In this document: one piece after another, positions 31,711 to 43,114 of the stretch
How the letters are laid out: the number at the start of each line of letters is the position of its first letter
How positions within the stretch are numbered: the first letter of the stretch is position 1
NCBI GenBank assembly: GCA_963758525.1
Contig: CAVWVQ010000002.1
Coordinates: forward strand, 256,001-320,000
Length of the DNA stretch: 64,000 nucleotides
Direction: 5' to 3'
DNA from: an uncultured Phycisphaerales bacterium
Lineage (GTDB): Bacteria; Planctomycetota; Phycisphaerae; Tepidisphaerales; Tepidisphaeraceae
The notes under the pieces: model-generated
Databases searched by the model: none
What the model was told of the DNA's origin: nothing
What the model saw: the letters and a program-made list of their open reading frames with translations, nothing else
Made by a program: the position numbers and the translations under genes

Positions 31711-32307
31711 TTACGGATTAAACTTCTTCACAATTTCCGAGATCGCTTCCTTCCGCGCATCGCTGGCCTTTTGATAGACCGGACTTTTTTCGGCAGCATA
31801 GAGAGCGTCGTTGTCCACGTTTGCGGTCACTTTCTGCAACAGCGCAGCAGGTGTCGTGCAGTCCTTCACGAAATCATCGGAGACGTTGCGGAGCGTAATA
31901 CCGCTGTCCGTTTGATCGACCCGGCAAACGGTGTACCGGTCTTTCTGCCTGTCCGGCTCAAGCTCTACCGACGGATTCATCGTTTGCAGCGTGATGAACC
32001 GCGCGCCGCCGATTTGGGTGAGCCAGGCTTTAAAGGTCATCGATGCCTTGGGCGTGATGTTCGCTCCGTCGAGGGTATAGGAGTAATCCCAGACCAGATA
32101 AGTGCGGCTGTCGTACGCCTGCATCAGGATCAGATCGCGGTCAGGAGATGCGTTTGCCGGCGTCGTCTCCCACCACCCAAGCAACTTCTCGTCTACCGTG
32201 GATTTTTCCGCATCGCCAAGCGGCACGCTCAGGCAGCCTGCCAGAAAGACGCCGCAGGCCAGCAGGATGCAGCAACGGTTCGACAGATATAGACGCACGC
32301 CCATCAT
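31711..32307 (-). CDS. Hypothetical lipoprotein
   Basis: Lipobox LAGC after a hydrophobic signal sequence. Confidence 0.65.
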   Translation of the reverse strand: MMGVRLYLSNRCCILLACGVFLAGCLSVPLGDAEKSTVDEKLLGWWETTPANASPDRDLILMQAYDSRTYLVWDYSYTLDGANITPKASMTFKAWLTQIGGARFITLQTMNPSVELEPDRQKDRYTVCRVDQTDSGITLRNVSDDFVKDCTTPAALLQKVTANVDNDALYAAEKSPVYQKASDARKEAISEIVKKFNP

Positions 32308-32900
32308 CGCCTCCATTCGTGTTCGAGAATGCTGTAGAGAAACGAATTCCGCCACTCACCCTTCGACCAGACATGCTCGCGCAGGCGGCCTTGGCGCGTC
32401 ATCTTCAACTTTTCCATGACGCGCCAGGACCCGACGTTCCGCTCATCGGCGGTGCTGTAAATACGATGCAGCCCGAGAGTTTCAAAACCGTATCTCAGCA
32501 TCGCTGCGGCCGCTTCCGTGGCGTACCCGTTCCCCCAATAGTCTTTGCGATAACAATAACCCGGCATCGCCGCCTTGGCATCAGCGCCCTCAAGAAATCA
32601 GTGCGCGCCGGGTGTGGCGCTCGAAAGTGGCGATCGGCTCCGAGTAGGGCGGGATTCATCCCGCCGATTTGTTGGCCGGCTGAGAAAACGGCGGGATGAA
32701 TCCCGCCCTACGATCGCAAAATCTGCAATCGCCACAAATAAAAGTTACACCCTGCGCGCCCGCCGATGAGTTGGTTGCCTTCCTTCAAAACCACGCAAAT
32801 CTCAAATGCCCGCCGTGGTGTCTGTCTGGCGTGGCGTTGCATTCGTTCGATGTAGTCCCTGGTCTGCTGCTCGTTGTTCGGACCCCACATCACGTCATAC
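32304..32900 (-). pseudogene. RimJ-like GNAT acetyltransferase disrupted by a MITE
   Basis: WGPNNEQQTRDYI and GYCYRKDYWGNGYATEAA..LGLHRI..NVGSWRVMEKLKM split by a 143-bp insertion; an additional frameshift and a missing 5' end. Confidence 0.75.
32610..32752. mobile_element. 143-bp MITE carrying an inverted GTAG-REP pair, copy 1
   Basis: gggtgt...acaccc termini; 8-bp duplication tgcgcgcc (32602-32609 and 32753-32760). Confidence 0.85.
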
Positions 32901-32975
32901 TACCCGAGCTTCCCTTCCCGGAGCGCCTCACTATAATCCGCCCCTCGTCAAACCGGCGGAGTGAGTTTCGGGAGA

Positions 32976-34199
32976 ATGGGACTGATCGTTCAGAAATTTG
33001 GCGGGACCAGCGTGGCGGATGCCGAGCGCATCCACCGCGCCGCGCGCCGCGCCATCGCAACGCGAAAAGCAGGGCATCACGTCGTCGTGGTCGTCAGCGC
33101 GATGGGCCAGGCGACCGACGATCTGATCGATCTGGCGAAGAAGGTCTCGGAAAATCCGCCGAAGCGGGAGATGGATCAACTGCTCGCCACCGGAGAGCAG
33201 GTCACCATCGCGCTGATGGCGATGGCCATGCACGCCCAGGGGCAGGAAGCCATCAGCTTCACCGGGGGACAGATCGGGCTGGTGACGGACGAAGCGTTCA
33301 GCAAAGCCCGCATTCAATCCATCAACAAACAGCGCATCTTCGAGCAGCTCGAGGCGGGAAAAATTGTCGTCATCGCGGGCTTTCAGGGAGTGACCGCGTC
33401 CGGGGATCTGACGACGCTGGGCCGAGGCGGAAGCAATGCGACGCTCGTTGCGGTGGGGGCGGTTCTCAAGGCCGACGTCTGCGAGAATTACACCGATGTT
33501 GACGGGATTTTCACCGCCGATCCGCGCATCGTGAAAGGTGTGCGCAAGATCGACCGGATCAGCTATGATGAAATGCTGGAGCTCGCCGGCCTGGGCGCGT
33601 CGGTTCTGCAGACCCGGGCCGTGGAGTTCGCCAAGAAATACAACGTCCCGATTCACGTTCGCAACAGTCAGAACGAGTCGGAAGGGACCTGGATCGTCGC
33701 GGAGACACCGATCATGGAGCACATCGTCGTTTCGGGGGCCGCCCTCAAGAAGGACCTGATCCGTGTGACCATCAAGTCGGTTCCCGACCACCCGGGCGTT
33801 GCCGCCAAAATCTTCGGCGACATCGCCGCCGCCAATATTGTCGTCGACGACATCATTCAGAATATCAGCGACGACAACACCGCCAGCATCAGCTTCACCG
33901 TCGAGCACGGCGACCTGCAGGACGTCAAACCGGTCTGCGATCGCCTCTGCAAGGAACTGGGCGCCACGACCGGCGCCATCTATCACGATCAACTGGCGAA
34001 AGTGAGCGTTGTCGGCGTCGGCATGCGCGTCCACACAGGCGTTGCGCAACGGATGTTCAAAGCGTTGGCCGATGCTCGCATCAACATCCAGAACATCACC
34101 ACCAGCGAGATCAAGATCAGTTGCATCATCGACAAGGAACAGGGCCCCAAGGCTCTGCAGATCGTTCACGACGCGTTCGAGCTGGAAAAGGCTCGTTAG
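32976..34199 (+). CDS. lysC: Aspartate kinase
   Basis: LIVQKFGGTSV, TTLGRGGS, TDVDGIFTADPRIV and two ACT domains. Confidence 0.95.
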   Translation: MGLIVQKFGGTSVADAERIHRAARRAIATRKAGHHVVVVVSAMGQATDDLIDLAKKVSENPPKREMDQLLATGEQVTIALMAMAMHAQGQEAISFTGGQIGLVTDEAFSKARIQSINKQRIFEQLEAGKIVVIAGFQGVTASGDLTTLGRGGSNATLVAVGAVLKADVCENYTDVDGIFTADPRIVKGVRKIDRISYDEMLELAGLGASVLQTRAVEFAKKYNVPIHVRNSQNESEGTWIVAETPIMEHIVVSGAALKKDLIRVTIKSVPDHPGVAAKIFGDIAAANIVVDDIIQNISDDNTASISFTVEHGDLQDVKPVCDRLCKELGATTGAIYHDQLAKVSVVGVGMRVHTGVAQRMFKALADARINIQNITTSEIKISCIIDKEQGPKALQIVHDAFELEKAR

Positions 34200-34216
34200 T
34201 TTCCCCCTCGCCTGGT

Positions 34217-34390
34217 ACTGCTCCGAACAGAGATGTGGGAAATTAAGAAATGCCCAATGCCCAATGGTCAACAAAAGCCCAAATCGCAATGACCAATGGG
34301 AGAACCAGCCTTGGGCCTTGGACCTTGTGGCTTTGTTGGCCATTGGGCCTTGGACATTTCTTGATCTCCCACATCTCTTTTCGGAGCAGT
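34217..34390. repeat. Long intergenic palindrome with heptamer-like units (related copy at 46066-46182)
   Basis: actgctccgaa..gagatgtggga..agaaatg / catttct..tcccacatctc..ttcggagcagt. Confidence 0.7.
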
Positions 34391-34557
34391 GCTAGGGGAG
34401 AGAGCAAGAGCGGGCTATCAAGCGAACAGGCTGCCCCGGGAATTCGCGCACGCCCATGCCAGATGCTGCGACGTCGTTAATCCTTGACTCTTGCTCCCCC
34501 CCTCTTTACTGTCAAACCGGTCGGTCATTTTCACACCTGCATCGAAAGGCTCTCCGC

Positions 34558-35853
34558 GTGAATCCGCTCCTGGAAGGCAATGCCTGCGTGTTCGGTCTGC
34601 AATGGGGAGACGAGGGTAAAGGCAAGATCGTCGATTTCCTGGCGGAAGCAGCTGATGTGGTCGTTCGCTATTGCGGCGGCGCAAATGCCGGTCATACCGT
34701 CCGCATCGGCGGGGAAAAATATGCGACGCATCTGCTGCCCGTCGGAGTCTTCCGCCCGGGAGTGATGAATCTGATCGGCAACGGCGTCGTGCTCGACCCC
34801 CAGACGCTCTTCCGCGAAATTGATGAGTTCGTCGCGCGGGGCGTGCCCATCAGCCCGGTAAATCTCCGCATCAGCTACAAAACCCACCTTGTGATGCCGT
34901 ATCACATGCAGGAGGACGCCGCCCGCGAGTCGGCCAGCGGTGTCTCAGGAATCGGCACGACGCGGCGCGGCATCGGACCGACGTATGCGGACAAAATGCA
35001 GCGGGCAACCGCGCTGCGCGTCGCGGACCTCATGCACGAAGAGAAGCTCAAGCAGCGCATCAGCACGACGGTGACGGAGCGGAACAAAGTGCTGAAGGTG
35101 CTCTACGATGCTCCGCCATTGGAATGGCGCAACATCTTCGAGCAGTATCGCGACTATGGCCGGCGGATGCAGCCGTTCGTCGATGACGTGGGGCATCTGC
35201 TGATCAATTCGCTGCGCGAGGGGAAGCGAATTCTCTTCGAAGGCGCGCATGCGGTGCTCCTCGACGTCGATCATGGCACTTACCCCTACGTGACGAGCAG
35301 CAACTGCTCGGCCCTTGGGCTGTTCACAGGCTCCGGTGTTCCCCCCCAGGCCGTGCGGAATTTTCTGGGAGTGATGAAGGCCTATTCCACGCGCGTGGGC
35401 GGCGGCCCGTTTCCAACAGAACAGGCCAACAATATCGGCGACTACATCCGCGAGCGCGGCAACGAATATGGCACCACCACGCGCCGCCCCCGCCGCTGCG
35501 GCTGGTTTGACGCGATGGCTGTCAAATATTCCGTGGACCTATGCGGCGTTACCGCGATCTCGCTCATGCTGCTCGACGTGCTCAGCGGCCTGGATCACCT
35601 CGACATCTGCACCGGCTACAAGTACCGCGGCACGAGACTCGACTACTTCCGCGCCGACATGGACGTGCTGGCCGAGGTTGAGCCCATCTACGAAACGCTG
35701 CCGGGCTGGAACGGAAATCTGACAGGCTGCCGGCGCTTTGAAGATCTCCCGCGAGAAGCCCAGACCTACGTGAATCGCCTGGAGCGGCTCGCCGGCGCAC
35801 CGGTCAAGATCATCAGTGTGGGCCCGGAGCGCACCGCGACAATACTCCGTTGA
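34558..35853 (+). CDS. purA: Adenylosuccinate synthase
   Basis: GLQWGDEGKGK, GGANAGHT, GTYPYVTSS and EYGTTTRRPRRCGW. Confidence 0.96.
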   Translation: MNPLLEGNACVFGLQWGDEGKGKIVDFLAEAADVVVRYCGGANAGHTVRIGGEKYATHLLPVGVFRPGVMNLIGNGVVLDPQTLFREIDEFVARGVPISPVNLRISYKTHLVMPYHMQEDAARESASGVSGIGTTRRGIGPTYADKMQRATALRVADLMHEEKLKQRISTTVTERNKVLKVLYDAPPLEWRNIFEQYRDYGRRMQPFVDDVGHLLINSLREGKRILFEGAHAVLLDVDHGTYPYVTSSNCSALGLFTGSGVPPQAVRNFLGVMKAYSTRVGGGPFPTEQANNIGDYIRERGNEYGTTTRRPRRCGWFDAMAVKYSVDLCGVTAISLMLLDVLSGLDHLDICTGYKYRGTRLDYFRADMDVLAEVEPIYETLPGWNGNLTGCRRFEDLPREAQTYVNRLERLAGAPVKIISVGPERTATILR

Positions 35854-36357
35854 ACACTTGCGGGGCATGGACTTCATTCCAGTTCGCGAGCGTGTCAGCC
35901 ACGAGGAAGCAGGCTGGAAGCCTGCACCACAACGGACGAGCCGTAGCTTGCCCTTCGCGGGGCCTCCGCGCAGAACATTGGCATTCTCCCTCGTGCGGAC
36001 GCTTCCTGTTCGTCGCGTCCCGTTTTCTTTCAAAACGAGTCAAGGGGCGACGCGCAGATAAGTTGACAATTTCATAAGTCTATATCCTAACTAGGTTAAT
36101 GCGCTGCCACTGGAGTGCGCCGATAGAGATCAGATCGAATCCCGCCGATAAGAGGGCGTATCATGACCAGCAGCCGGCACGGAGGCGGTCGCTATTGACA
36201 GTGGATTAGATCGCGGTTCAAACTGCCGCCCCCCGGCGAATATCTCATCCCTGCAATAGTGCCGGATGTAGGACGTGGCCCTACATGCATCAAGGCTGGA
36301 TAGGCGTCCAACCGATAGCGGCCCTATCGCCGGGACACGGCGGCGGAAAAAAAGGAA

Positions 36358-39083
36358 ATGGCAAAAGCGAAGGGCAAACATCTGGTCATCGTCGAATCGC
36401 CCGCCAAGGCGAAGACGATCAACAAGTATCTGGGCGACGATTATGTTGTGAAAGCCAGCATGGGGCATGTGCGCGACCTGCCGCGCAAGGGGATCGGCGT
36501 CGATCTGGAGACCTTCACACCCGAATACGTCATCATCGAAGACCGCGGCAAGGAAAAGATTGTCAGCGAGTTGAAAAAGCTCGCAAAGCAGAGTGACGAA
36601 ATCTATCTCGCAACCGACTTGGACCGCGAAGGCGAGGCGATTGCCTGGCATTTGAAAGAGGCGCTGGGAATTCCCGACGGCAAGGTGCGGCGCGTCATCT
36701 TCAACGCGATCACCAAGGCGGAAATCCAAAAGGCCTTCAAGAAACCAATGCCGCTGGACATGGATCGCGTCAACGCCCAGCAGGCGCGGCGGATCCTCGA
36801 CCGGATTGTCGGCTATGAAATCTCGCCGCTCCTGTGGCGCAAGGTCGCCAAGGGACTCAGCGCGGGGCGGGTGCAAAGCGTTGCCGTCCGTCTGATTGTC
36901 GAGCGCGAGCGGGAGATTAATGCCTTTGTTCCGCAGGAACATTGGAAGATCGCCGGCGTCTTCACCGCCAAATCCGACGTCAACGAATGCAAAAAAATCG
37001 CTGGCGCCTGGCATGATTTTCTCACCAACACCGGCAATGGCGAGCGCACCAAGATCGAGCGAGAGCGATGGCTCGCCGAACATGAGTCGTTTGTCGCTGA
37101 GCTGATCGAGCTTGGCGGGAAAAAGTTCGAAGCCGACAACAAGGACGACGCCCGCGCCGCTGCCGAGGCGCTGGGGTTTGTGCTCGAGAAGGAAGTCACC
37201 ACCGACGACGCTGACGCCAAAGGTCCGGCACAGCATCTGACTGCGTTTGAAGGGCGTTTGGCGCATGCCCGACGTTCGCGGTTCGCTCGATTGAGAAGAA
37301 GCGGACCAGCAGTCGCCCGCCCGCGCCGTTTATCACCAGCACGCTGCAGCAGTCGGCTTCGAGCCGGTTGTCGTTGGGCGCACAGCGCACGATGCGCCTG
37401 GCGCAAACGCTGTATGAACAGGGCGCCATCACCTACATGCGTACCGACTCGACGAACATCTCAGCCGAAGCGCTGACGATGGTGCGCTCGTTCATCAAAT
37501 CGGAGTTCGGGGACCGCTATCTTCCCGCCAAGGCAAACGTCTACTCGTCGAGCAACAAGAGTGCTCAGGAAGCCCATGAGGCAATTCGTCCCACAGACGT
37601 TGCGCTCTCCCCTGCCGATGCCAAGGGAAAATTCGCCGCCGATGAGGCGAAACTCTATCAGTTGATCTGGAGCCGGTTCGTCGCCTGTCAGATGCCCCCG
37701 GCGGAGTTCGATCAAACCGCCGTCAATATCGCTTCCGCGACCAAGCGCGGCGACGCGGTCTTCCGCGCCACCGGCCGAAAGCTCGTGTTCGACGGGTTCA
37801 TGCGCGTCGCCGGCGTCAGCAGCGAGGATCAGCTGTTGCCCGCCTTGGCGGAAAAGCAGACCGTCTTCCCGATCGAAATTGATCCGACGCAGCACTTCAC
37901 GCAGCCACCGCCGCGCTATACCGAAGCGAGCCTGGTGAAGATGATGGAGCAGCAGGGAATCGGCCGGCCCAGCACGTACGCGAGCATCATTCAGACGATC
38001 CAGGATCGCGAATACGTCGAGCAGCAGGATCGCCGCTTTTACGCGACAATGCTCGGATCGATCGTCACCGACAAGCTGATCCAGGCGTTTCCCGACATCA
38101 TGGACATCCAGTTCACCGCGGGAATGGAACTGAAGCTCGACCAGATCGAGGAACAGCATCTCGACTGGATCAAGCTGCTGCGTGACTTCTACGGCCCATT
38201 CCACAACACGGTGGACGGCGCGCTTGCCAAGATCGAGCACGCGGGCGGAACTGCTTCGCCCTACAAGTGCGAAAAGTGCGGCCGGCCCATGGTCTACCGC
38301 ATCAGCAAGAACGGATTTTTCCTCTCCTGCACCGGGTATCCGGAATGCGACGGCACGCGCCCCGTGGATACGCAGGGCAGGCCGACCGTGCGCGAGGTGA
38401 GTGAGTTCAAATGCCCGGTCTGCGGCCGCGAGATGATCAAGCGTAAAGGCCGGTTCGGCGAGTTCCTCGGCTGCAGCGGATATTCGGTGAAGAATCCCGA
38501 CGGCTCCCCGGCCTGCACGACGATCATCAACCTCGACAAGGAAGGCAAGCCCCAGCCGCCCAAGGTCAAAGTCGTGACCACGGTGAAATGCGAGAAATGT
38601 GGCAGCCCGATGATCCTCCGCGACAGCAAGCGCGGCCCGTTCCTCGGCTGCTCCTCGTATCCCAAGTGCCGATCGACCCGGTACATCAAGAAGCTGGAAG
38701 GGGACGATCTCAAGCAGGTCGAGGCGCTGATTCCATTGCTCAAGGAAGGCGCTGAAAAAGCCCGCGAGATGGCGGCCAAGATCACCGGCGAAGTCCCCGC
38801 CGCCGCGGGCAACGGCAAAGCCCTCTCCAGCATCACCACCGACATCGACTGCGACGAATGCGGCAAGCCGATGATCATCCGCAACGGCCGGCGCGGAAAA
38901 TTCCTCGGATGCAGCGGATATCCCAAGTGCAAAAACACCGGCGAAGTCCCCGCCAAGCTGCTCGAAGAGCTCGGGCTGACCGAGAATGGGGACACGGCCG
39001 TGAAGAACGGCCAGGCGAAAGAGGAAACGCCGGTTCCCGACACATCCACCGACGAGATCGAAACCGAGCTTGAGATCGATTAG
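36358..39083 (+). CDS. topA: DNA topoisomerase I with C-terminal zinc ribbons; frameshift near 37270
   Basis: [57 protein letters not shown] and C4 repeats. Confidence 0.95.
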
Positions 39084-39099
39084 CTCATTGCAACTCATC

Positions 39100-39218
39100 G
39101 TGGCATGGGCGTCCCGCGCGTCCCGCCCATGCGGGCGACGTGGAGCTTACGAAATTGCCCGATATCAAGTGCCCATTTTACCACTGCGTCGCTCGCATGG
39201 GCGGGACGCCTATGCCAC
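39100..39218. repeat. GTGG-type REP doublet (family also at 48802-48910 and 56876-56994)
   Basis: gtggcatgggcgtcccgc...cccatg paired with an inverted catgggcgggacgcc(c/t)atgccac. Confidence 0.75.
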
Positions 39219-39243
39219 CAGGAATGAGCTATAATCTCGCCCC

Positions 39244-40023
39244 ATGGCTGAGATAGAACTTCTGTTTCTCGGCACCGGCACCAGCGTCGGCGTGCCAATG
39301 ATCGGCTGTCATTGTGCCGTCTGCAGCAGCACCGATCCACGCGACGCGCGGCTGCGTCCCTCGGTTCTCATCTCCTACTCCGGTTTGCGCGTCCTTGTCG
39401 ACACGACGCCCGAATTGCGGCTTCAGTGCGTCACAAATCACGTGGATATGATTGATGCCGTCGTCTATACACATGCGCACGCCGACCACATCATGGGGCT
39501 GGATGATTTGCGCCGCTTCAACCTCCTGAGCGGCAAACATCTGGATGTCTGGGCGAACGAAAAGACCCAAAGTTCCCTCCGCCGCCGGTTCGATTATGCG
39601 TTTGTCGAACCGGCGCCCGAGCCGCGGGTATTCCGGCCCAACCTGAGACTCAAGACAATCGACGGTTCATTTCAAATCGGCCCCGTCAGTTGGATCCCGG
39701 TACCATTAATTCACGGTCACGGCACGACGCTCGGCTTTCGCATAGGCAAACTCGCCTACTGCACCGATGTGAGCGCGATCCCGGAGGAGTCATTCGCCCT
39801 TTTGGAAGATCTGGATGTGCTTGTGCTCGGCGCACTCTCCACCCATAAACATCCCTCTCACTTCACCCTTGAAGAGGCCTGCGATGCTTCCCGCCGAATT
39901 GCGGCGCGCCAGACCTATTTCACGCATATCGGGCACATGCTGCCACACGAAGCGACCAATCGCACGCTCCCGTCGCCGGTTCAACTGGCTTACGACGGAT
40001 TGCGGGTCGAAGCACGACTATAA
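39244..40023 (+). CDS. MBL-fold metallohydrolase, PhnP-like
   Basis: FLGTGTSVGVPMIGCHCAVC, THAHADH, YCTD and THIGH. Confidence 0.9.
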   Translation: MAEIELLFLGTGTSVGVPMIGCHCAVCSSTDPRDARLRPSVLISYSGLRVLVDTTPELRLQCVTNHVDMIDAVVYTHAHADHIMGLDDLRRFNLLSGKHLDVWANEKTQSSLRRRFDYAFVEPAPEPRVFRPNLRLKTIDGSFQIGPVSWIPVPLIHGHGTTLGFRIGKLAYCTDVSAIPEESFALLEDLDVLVLGALSTHKHPSHFTLEEACDASRRIAARQTYFTHIGHMLPHEATNRTLPSPVQLAYDGLRVEARL

Positions 40024-40167
40024 TAGTACGTTTCCTTCCTCGCCTGCTGCTCCGGCCAAGGGCAAGCATGCATTGCGAGAATCTGGCTGCGCCAAAAGTC
40101 CAATCCGCAACGCCTGTCCTTGCCCTTGGGAAACTCCAAGGTATAAGTGGCGGGACCGCGCGTGGAG

Positions 40168-41292
40168 ATGCGCCTGAATAGTCCTCTTTTTTCCATCATC
40201 ACTCCCGTCTACCGTTGTGAGCTGACGCTGCAGCGAACGCTGGACAGTCTCATGGCCCAGAGCGAGCGCTCGTGGCAGGCGGTGGTCATTGATGACGGCT
40301 CTCCCGACCATTCCTGGAAAGTGGCCGAGGGGTTCGCTTATTTCGATCCCCGCTTCACGCTGCTGCGCCAGGAGAATGCTGGCGCCGGGGCGGCACGCAA
40401 TGTGGCGCTCTCCCACGCGCGCGGCGAATTTGTCATGTTCCTCGATGCCGACGACTGGCTCGAGCCTTCAGCGCTGGCGGTGCTGCTCGCCGAAGCGCGA
40501 CGGGGCGACTGCGATCTCGTCCACGGCGCGTTTCGCTATACAACCAACGACGGCTGGCTGACGGATTGGACAGGCGCGTATCGCGGGAAGCGGCCGCTGT
40601 TCGAAGCATTGTGCGGGTCGAACGTGCTGTCGATGCCGGCGGCGGTTATCGCCCGCCGCCGGGCGATCACTCACGTGGGAGGTTTCGATCCCACCTTGAA
40701 GAATTGCGGCGACTGGGATCTTTGGGGCCGCCTGGCGCGCCGTCGCGGAAACATCGGGCGCGTGGACGAGTGCGTCGCCAATTACCGGATGCGCCCCGCG
40801 AGCCTCAGCCACAATCCGCACACGCTGGTGCGCGATGCGATGCGCACGATGGAGCGTCTGCATGCCGTCGATCCGCGCGTCCGCGACGCGGCCCCGGAAT
40901 TTTTCATGGGCGGCGACCCCGCCGATCTTCCCGGCCGGCGCGTGAACTTCACGCTCTACACGGTCGGCCTTGCGTTGGGGGTGAACGAGGTCGCCACCGC
41001 CGCGTCGATGCTCGACACCATCACCGACTGGCCCGAGCTGTTCGCCAATGAAACCGCCGGATTCCTCTTCTCAGGCATTTGCTTTGCGCGTTGCCAGGGT
41101 CCCGAAGGCGCCGCGGAATTCTGGCCCACCGTCGCCGAAAGCGTCCGACTGATCGCGGCAACGATGGACACGCGCACGCACCAGTCGGGCCTGGGCCACA
41201 AGATTCTCGAAGCCCTGCAGCAACTCAGCGGGGAACCGCTGCCGCCGGCACAACAAACTTCTGATGGGCATCGGCTGGCGCAAAGCGCCTGA
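40168..41292 (+). CDS. Glycosyltransferase family 2
   Basis: SIITPVY, IDDGSPD, AARNVAL, FLDADD and DWDLWGR. Confidence 0.85.
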   Translation: MRLNSPLFSIITPVYRCELTLQRTLDSLMAQSERSWQAVVIDDGSPDHSWKVAEGFAYFDPRFTLLRQENAGAGAARNVALSHARGEFVMFLDADDWLEPSALAVLLAEARRGDCDLVHGAFRYTTNDGWLTDWTGAYRGKRPLFEALCGSNVLSMPAAVIARRRAITHVGGFDPTLKNCGDWDLWGRLARRRGNIGRVDECVANYRMRPASLSHNPHTLVRDAMRTMERLHAVDPRVRDAAPEFFMGGDPADLPGRRVNFTLYTVGLALGVNEVATAASMLDTITDWPELFANETAGFLFSGICFARCQGPEGAAEFWPTVAESVRLIAATMDTRTHQSGLGHKILEALQQLSGEPLPPAQQTSDGHRLAQSA

Positions 41293-41305
41293 TCCGGCGA
41301 CTTTC

Positions 41306-43114
41306 CTACGTTGCCGCCGGCGCCGGCTCGTCTTCGAGCTTGAGTTGGTGCCGCGCCATCTGGTAGTAATGTCCGCGCAGCGCCAGCAACTCTTCGTGGT
41401 TCCCCTGCTCCACGATTCGGCCCGCATCCATCACGTAAATGCAATCGCAATCAAAGGTGGTGCTGAGCCGATGGCTCACGAGAACGATCGTGCGCTTGCC
41501 CTTCAGGGCGGTCAGCGTCTGCGTGATCATCAGCTCGTTGTGCGCGTCCAGGGCGCTGGTCGGTTCATCGAGCACGAGAATCGGCGCTTCGGTCGCCAGC
41601 GCCCGCGCGATGCTGATGCGCTGGCGTTGTCCGCCGGAGAGGTTCTGGCCCCCTTCGTCGAGTTGCGTGTCGTATTTATGCTGCATCTCTTCGATAAAAT
41701 CCGCGGCTCCGGCCAGTTCCGCGGCGTGACGGATTTCCTGCGGGGTCGCGCCCGGGCGGCCATAGGCGATGTTGTCCGACACGCTCGCCGCGAGGATCGC
41801 ATTTTCCTGGAGGACCAGCGCGATGTGTTGCCGGAGAGATCGCAGCTTGATGCCGCGCAGGTCGTGGCCGTCCAGCAGAATCGAACCTTCCGTCGGATCA
41901 TAAAATCGCGGGAGCAGATTGAGCAGGCTGGATTTTCCGACCCCGCTGGAGCCGACGAAGGCCACCATCTGCCCGGGCAGAACCGCGGCGCTCACGTCCC
42001 GCAGCACCGGTTGCTCCGGTCGATAGTGAAAGCTGACGTTTCGCAGCTCGAGCTTGCGCGGCTGCTTCGCCAGGGCGATCGCATCGGGCGCGTCCTTGAT
42101 CAGCACCGGCGTGTCGAGAATCTCATACACGCGCGCCAAGCCCGCCATGTAGCGCCGCATGTCGGAGCCGCTGCCGCTTAACTTGTAGAGCGGATCGTAG
42201 AGCTGCGTCAGAAGGTAGGTGACGAACATCGACAGCTCGCCGATCGTCAACGCGCCGTGCAGCGAGAGATAGCCGCCGTAGGCCATGACCGCGGCAAGAC
42301 CGGCCGCGAAGCTCATTCCCATGATGAACCAATAGATCATGGTGTGAATGTGCATTTTCGCCCAGGCATTGTGGCTGCTTTGAACGCTCTGATTGAAGCG
42401 GGCGTACTCGTCGTCTTCGCGCCCGAATGCCTGCACGAGACCAATCGAGGCGACCGACCGTTGGATGACCGTTGTGAGCTGCGATTCAATCTGCGACGCG
42501 CGCGACGCGGTCGCGAGAATCACGTGCCCGTATTGACGGATCAGGAGGTAGAGGATCGGCATCATCGTGACGGCGATCAGCGCCAGCCGCCAGTTGAGCG
42601 AGAGCATGATGCAGCTCATGAAGAGCAATTTGAGGCAGTTGATGAAGATCGTCTGGACGATGTTAAACGCCGCCTGAAAGGCATTGGTGTCGCTTCCCAG
42701 CCGGTAGATCGTGTCTCCCTGCGTGCGGGAGCGGTGGTAGCCGAGGCTCAATTCCTGCAGCTTTCGGTACAGCTCGCTGCGCACGTGCAAGAGGCCGTTG
42801 AATCCAATTTTGATCTTGATGATGCCATTCCCCATGCTCACCAGTTCCTGGATGAGCCGCAGAAACAGCGTGATTCCCGCAAGCAGAAGGACCTGCTGCA
42901 TTTTCCCGGCGGGCGCGATCTTGAAGAACAGGCGATAATCCCATTTGGTTGGCCCGACCACCCCGAGCACGCAGTCCATCAGGACCGCGAGCGGTATCGG
43001 CTGAGCCAGTTCGGCAAGCGTGGAGACACCGATCAAGATCGTGGAAAGGATCACCCCTGCCAGATCGTTGCGGTAATACTTGGCGGCACGGACGTAAGCG
43101 CGGGTGACAGTCAT
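41306..43114 (-). CDS. ABC exporter, fused permease and ATP-binding domains
   Basis: Transmembrane helices; GSSGVGKS, LSGGQRQR and LVLDEPTSALD. Confidence 0.92.
   Translation of the reverse strand: MTVTRAYVRAAKYYRNDLAGVILSTILIGVSTLAELAQPIPLAVLMDCVLGVVGPTKWDYRLFFKIAPAGKMQQVLLLAGITLFLRLIQELVSMGNGIIKIKIGFNGLLHVRSELYRKLQELSLGYHRSRTQGDTIYRLGSDTNAFQAAFNIVQTIFINCLKLLFMSCIMLSLNWRLALIAVTMMPILYLLIRQYGHVILATASRASQIESQLTTVIQRSVASIGLVQAFGREDDEYARFNQSVQSSHNAWAKMHIHTMIYWFIMGMSFAAGLAAVMAYGGYLSLHGALTIGELSMFVTYLLTQLYDPLYKLSGSGSDMRRYMAGLARVYEILDTPVLIKDAPDAIALAKQPRKLELRNVSFHYRPEQPVLRDVSAAVLPGQMVAFVGSSGVGKSSLLNLLPRFYDPTEGSILLDGHDLRGIKLRSLRQHIALVLQENAILAASVSDNIAYGRPGATPQEIRHAAELAGAADFIEEMQHKYDTQLDEGGQNLSGGQRQRISIARALATEAPILVLDEPTSALDAHNELMITQTLTALKGKRTIVLVSHRLSTTFDCDCIYVMDAGRIVEQGNHEELLALRGHYYQMARHQLKLEDEPAPAAT

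Noticed and set aside
31611..32292. Long C-terminal extension of the glucan synthase
   Set aside because: Overlaps an antisense lipoprotein gene and is not protein-like; probably a lost stop
36063..36230. topA promoter (two TTGACA hexamers)
   Set aside because: No convincing -10 at canonical spacing, so not called
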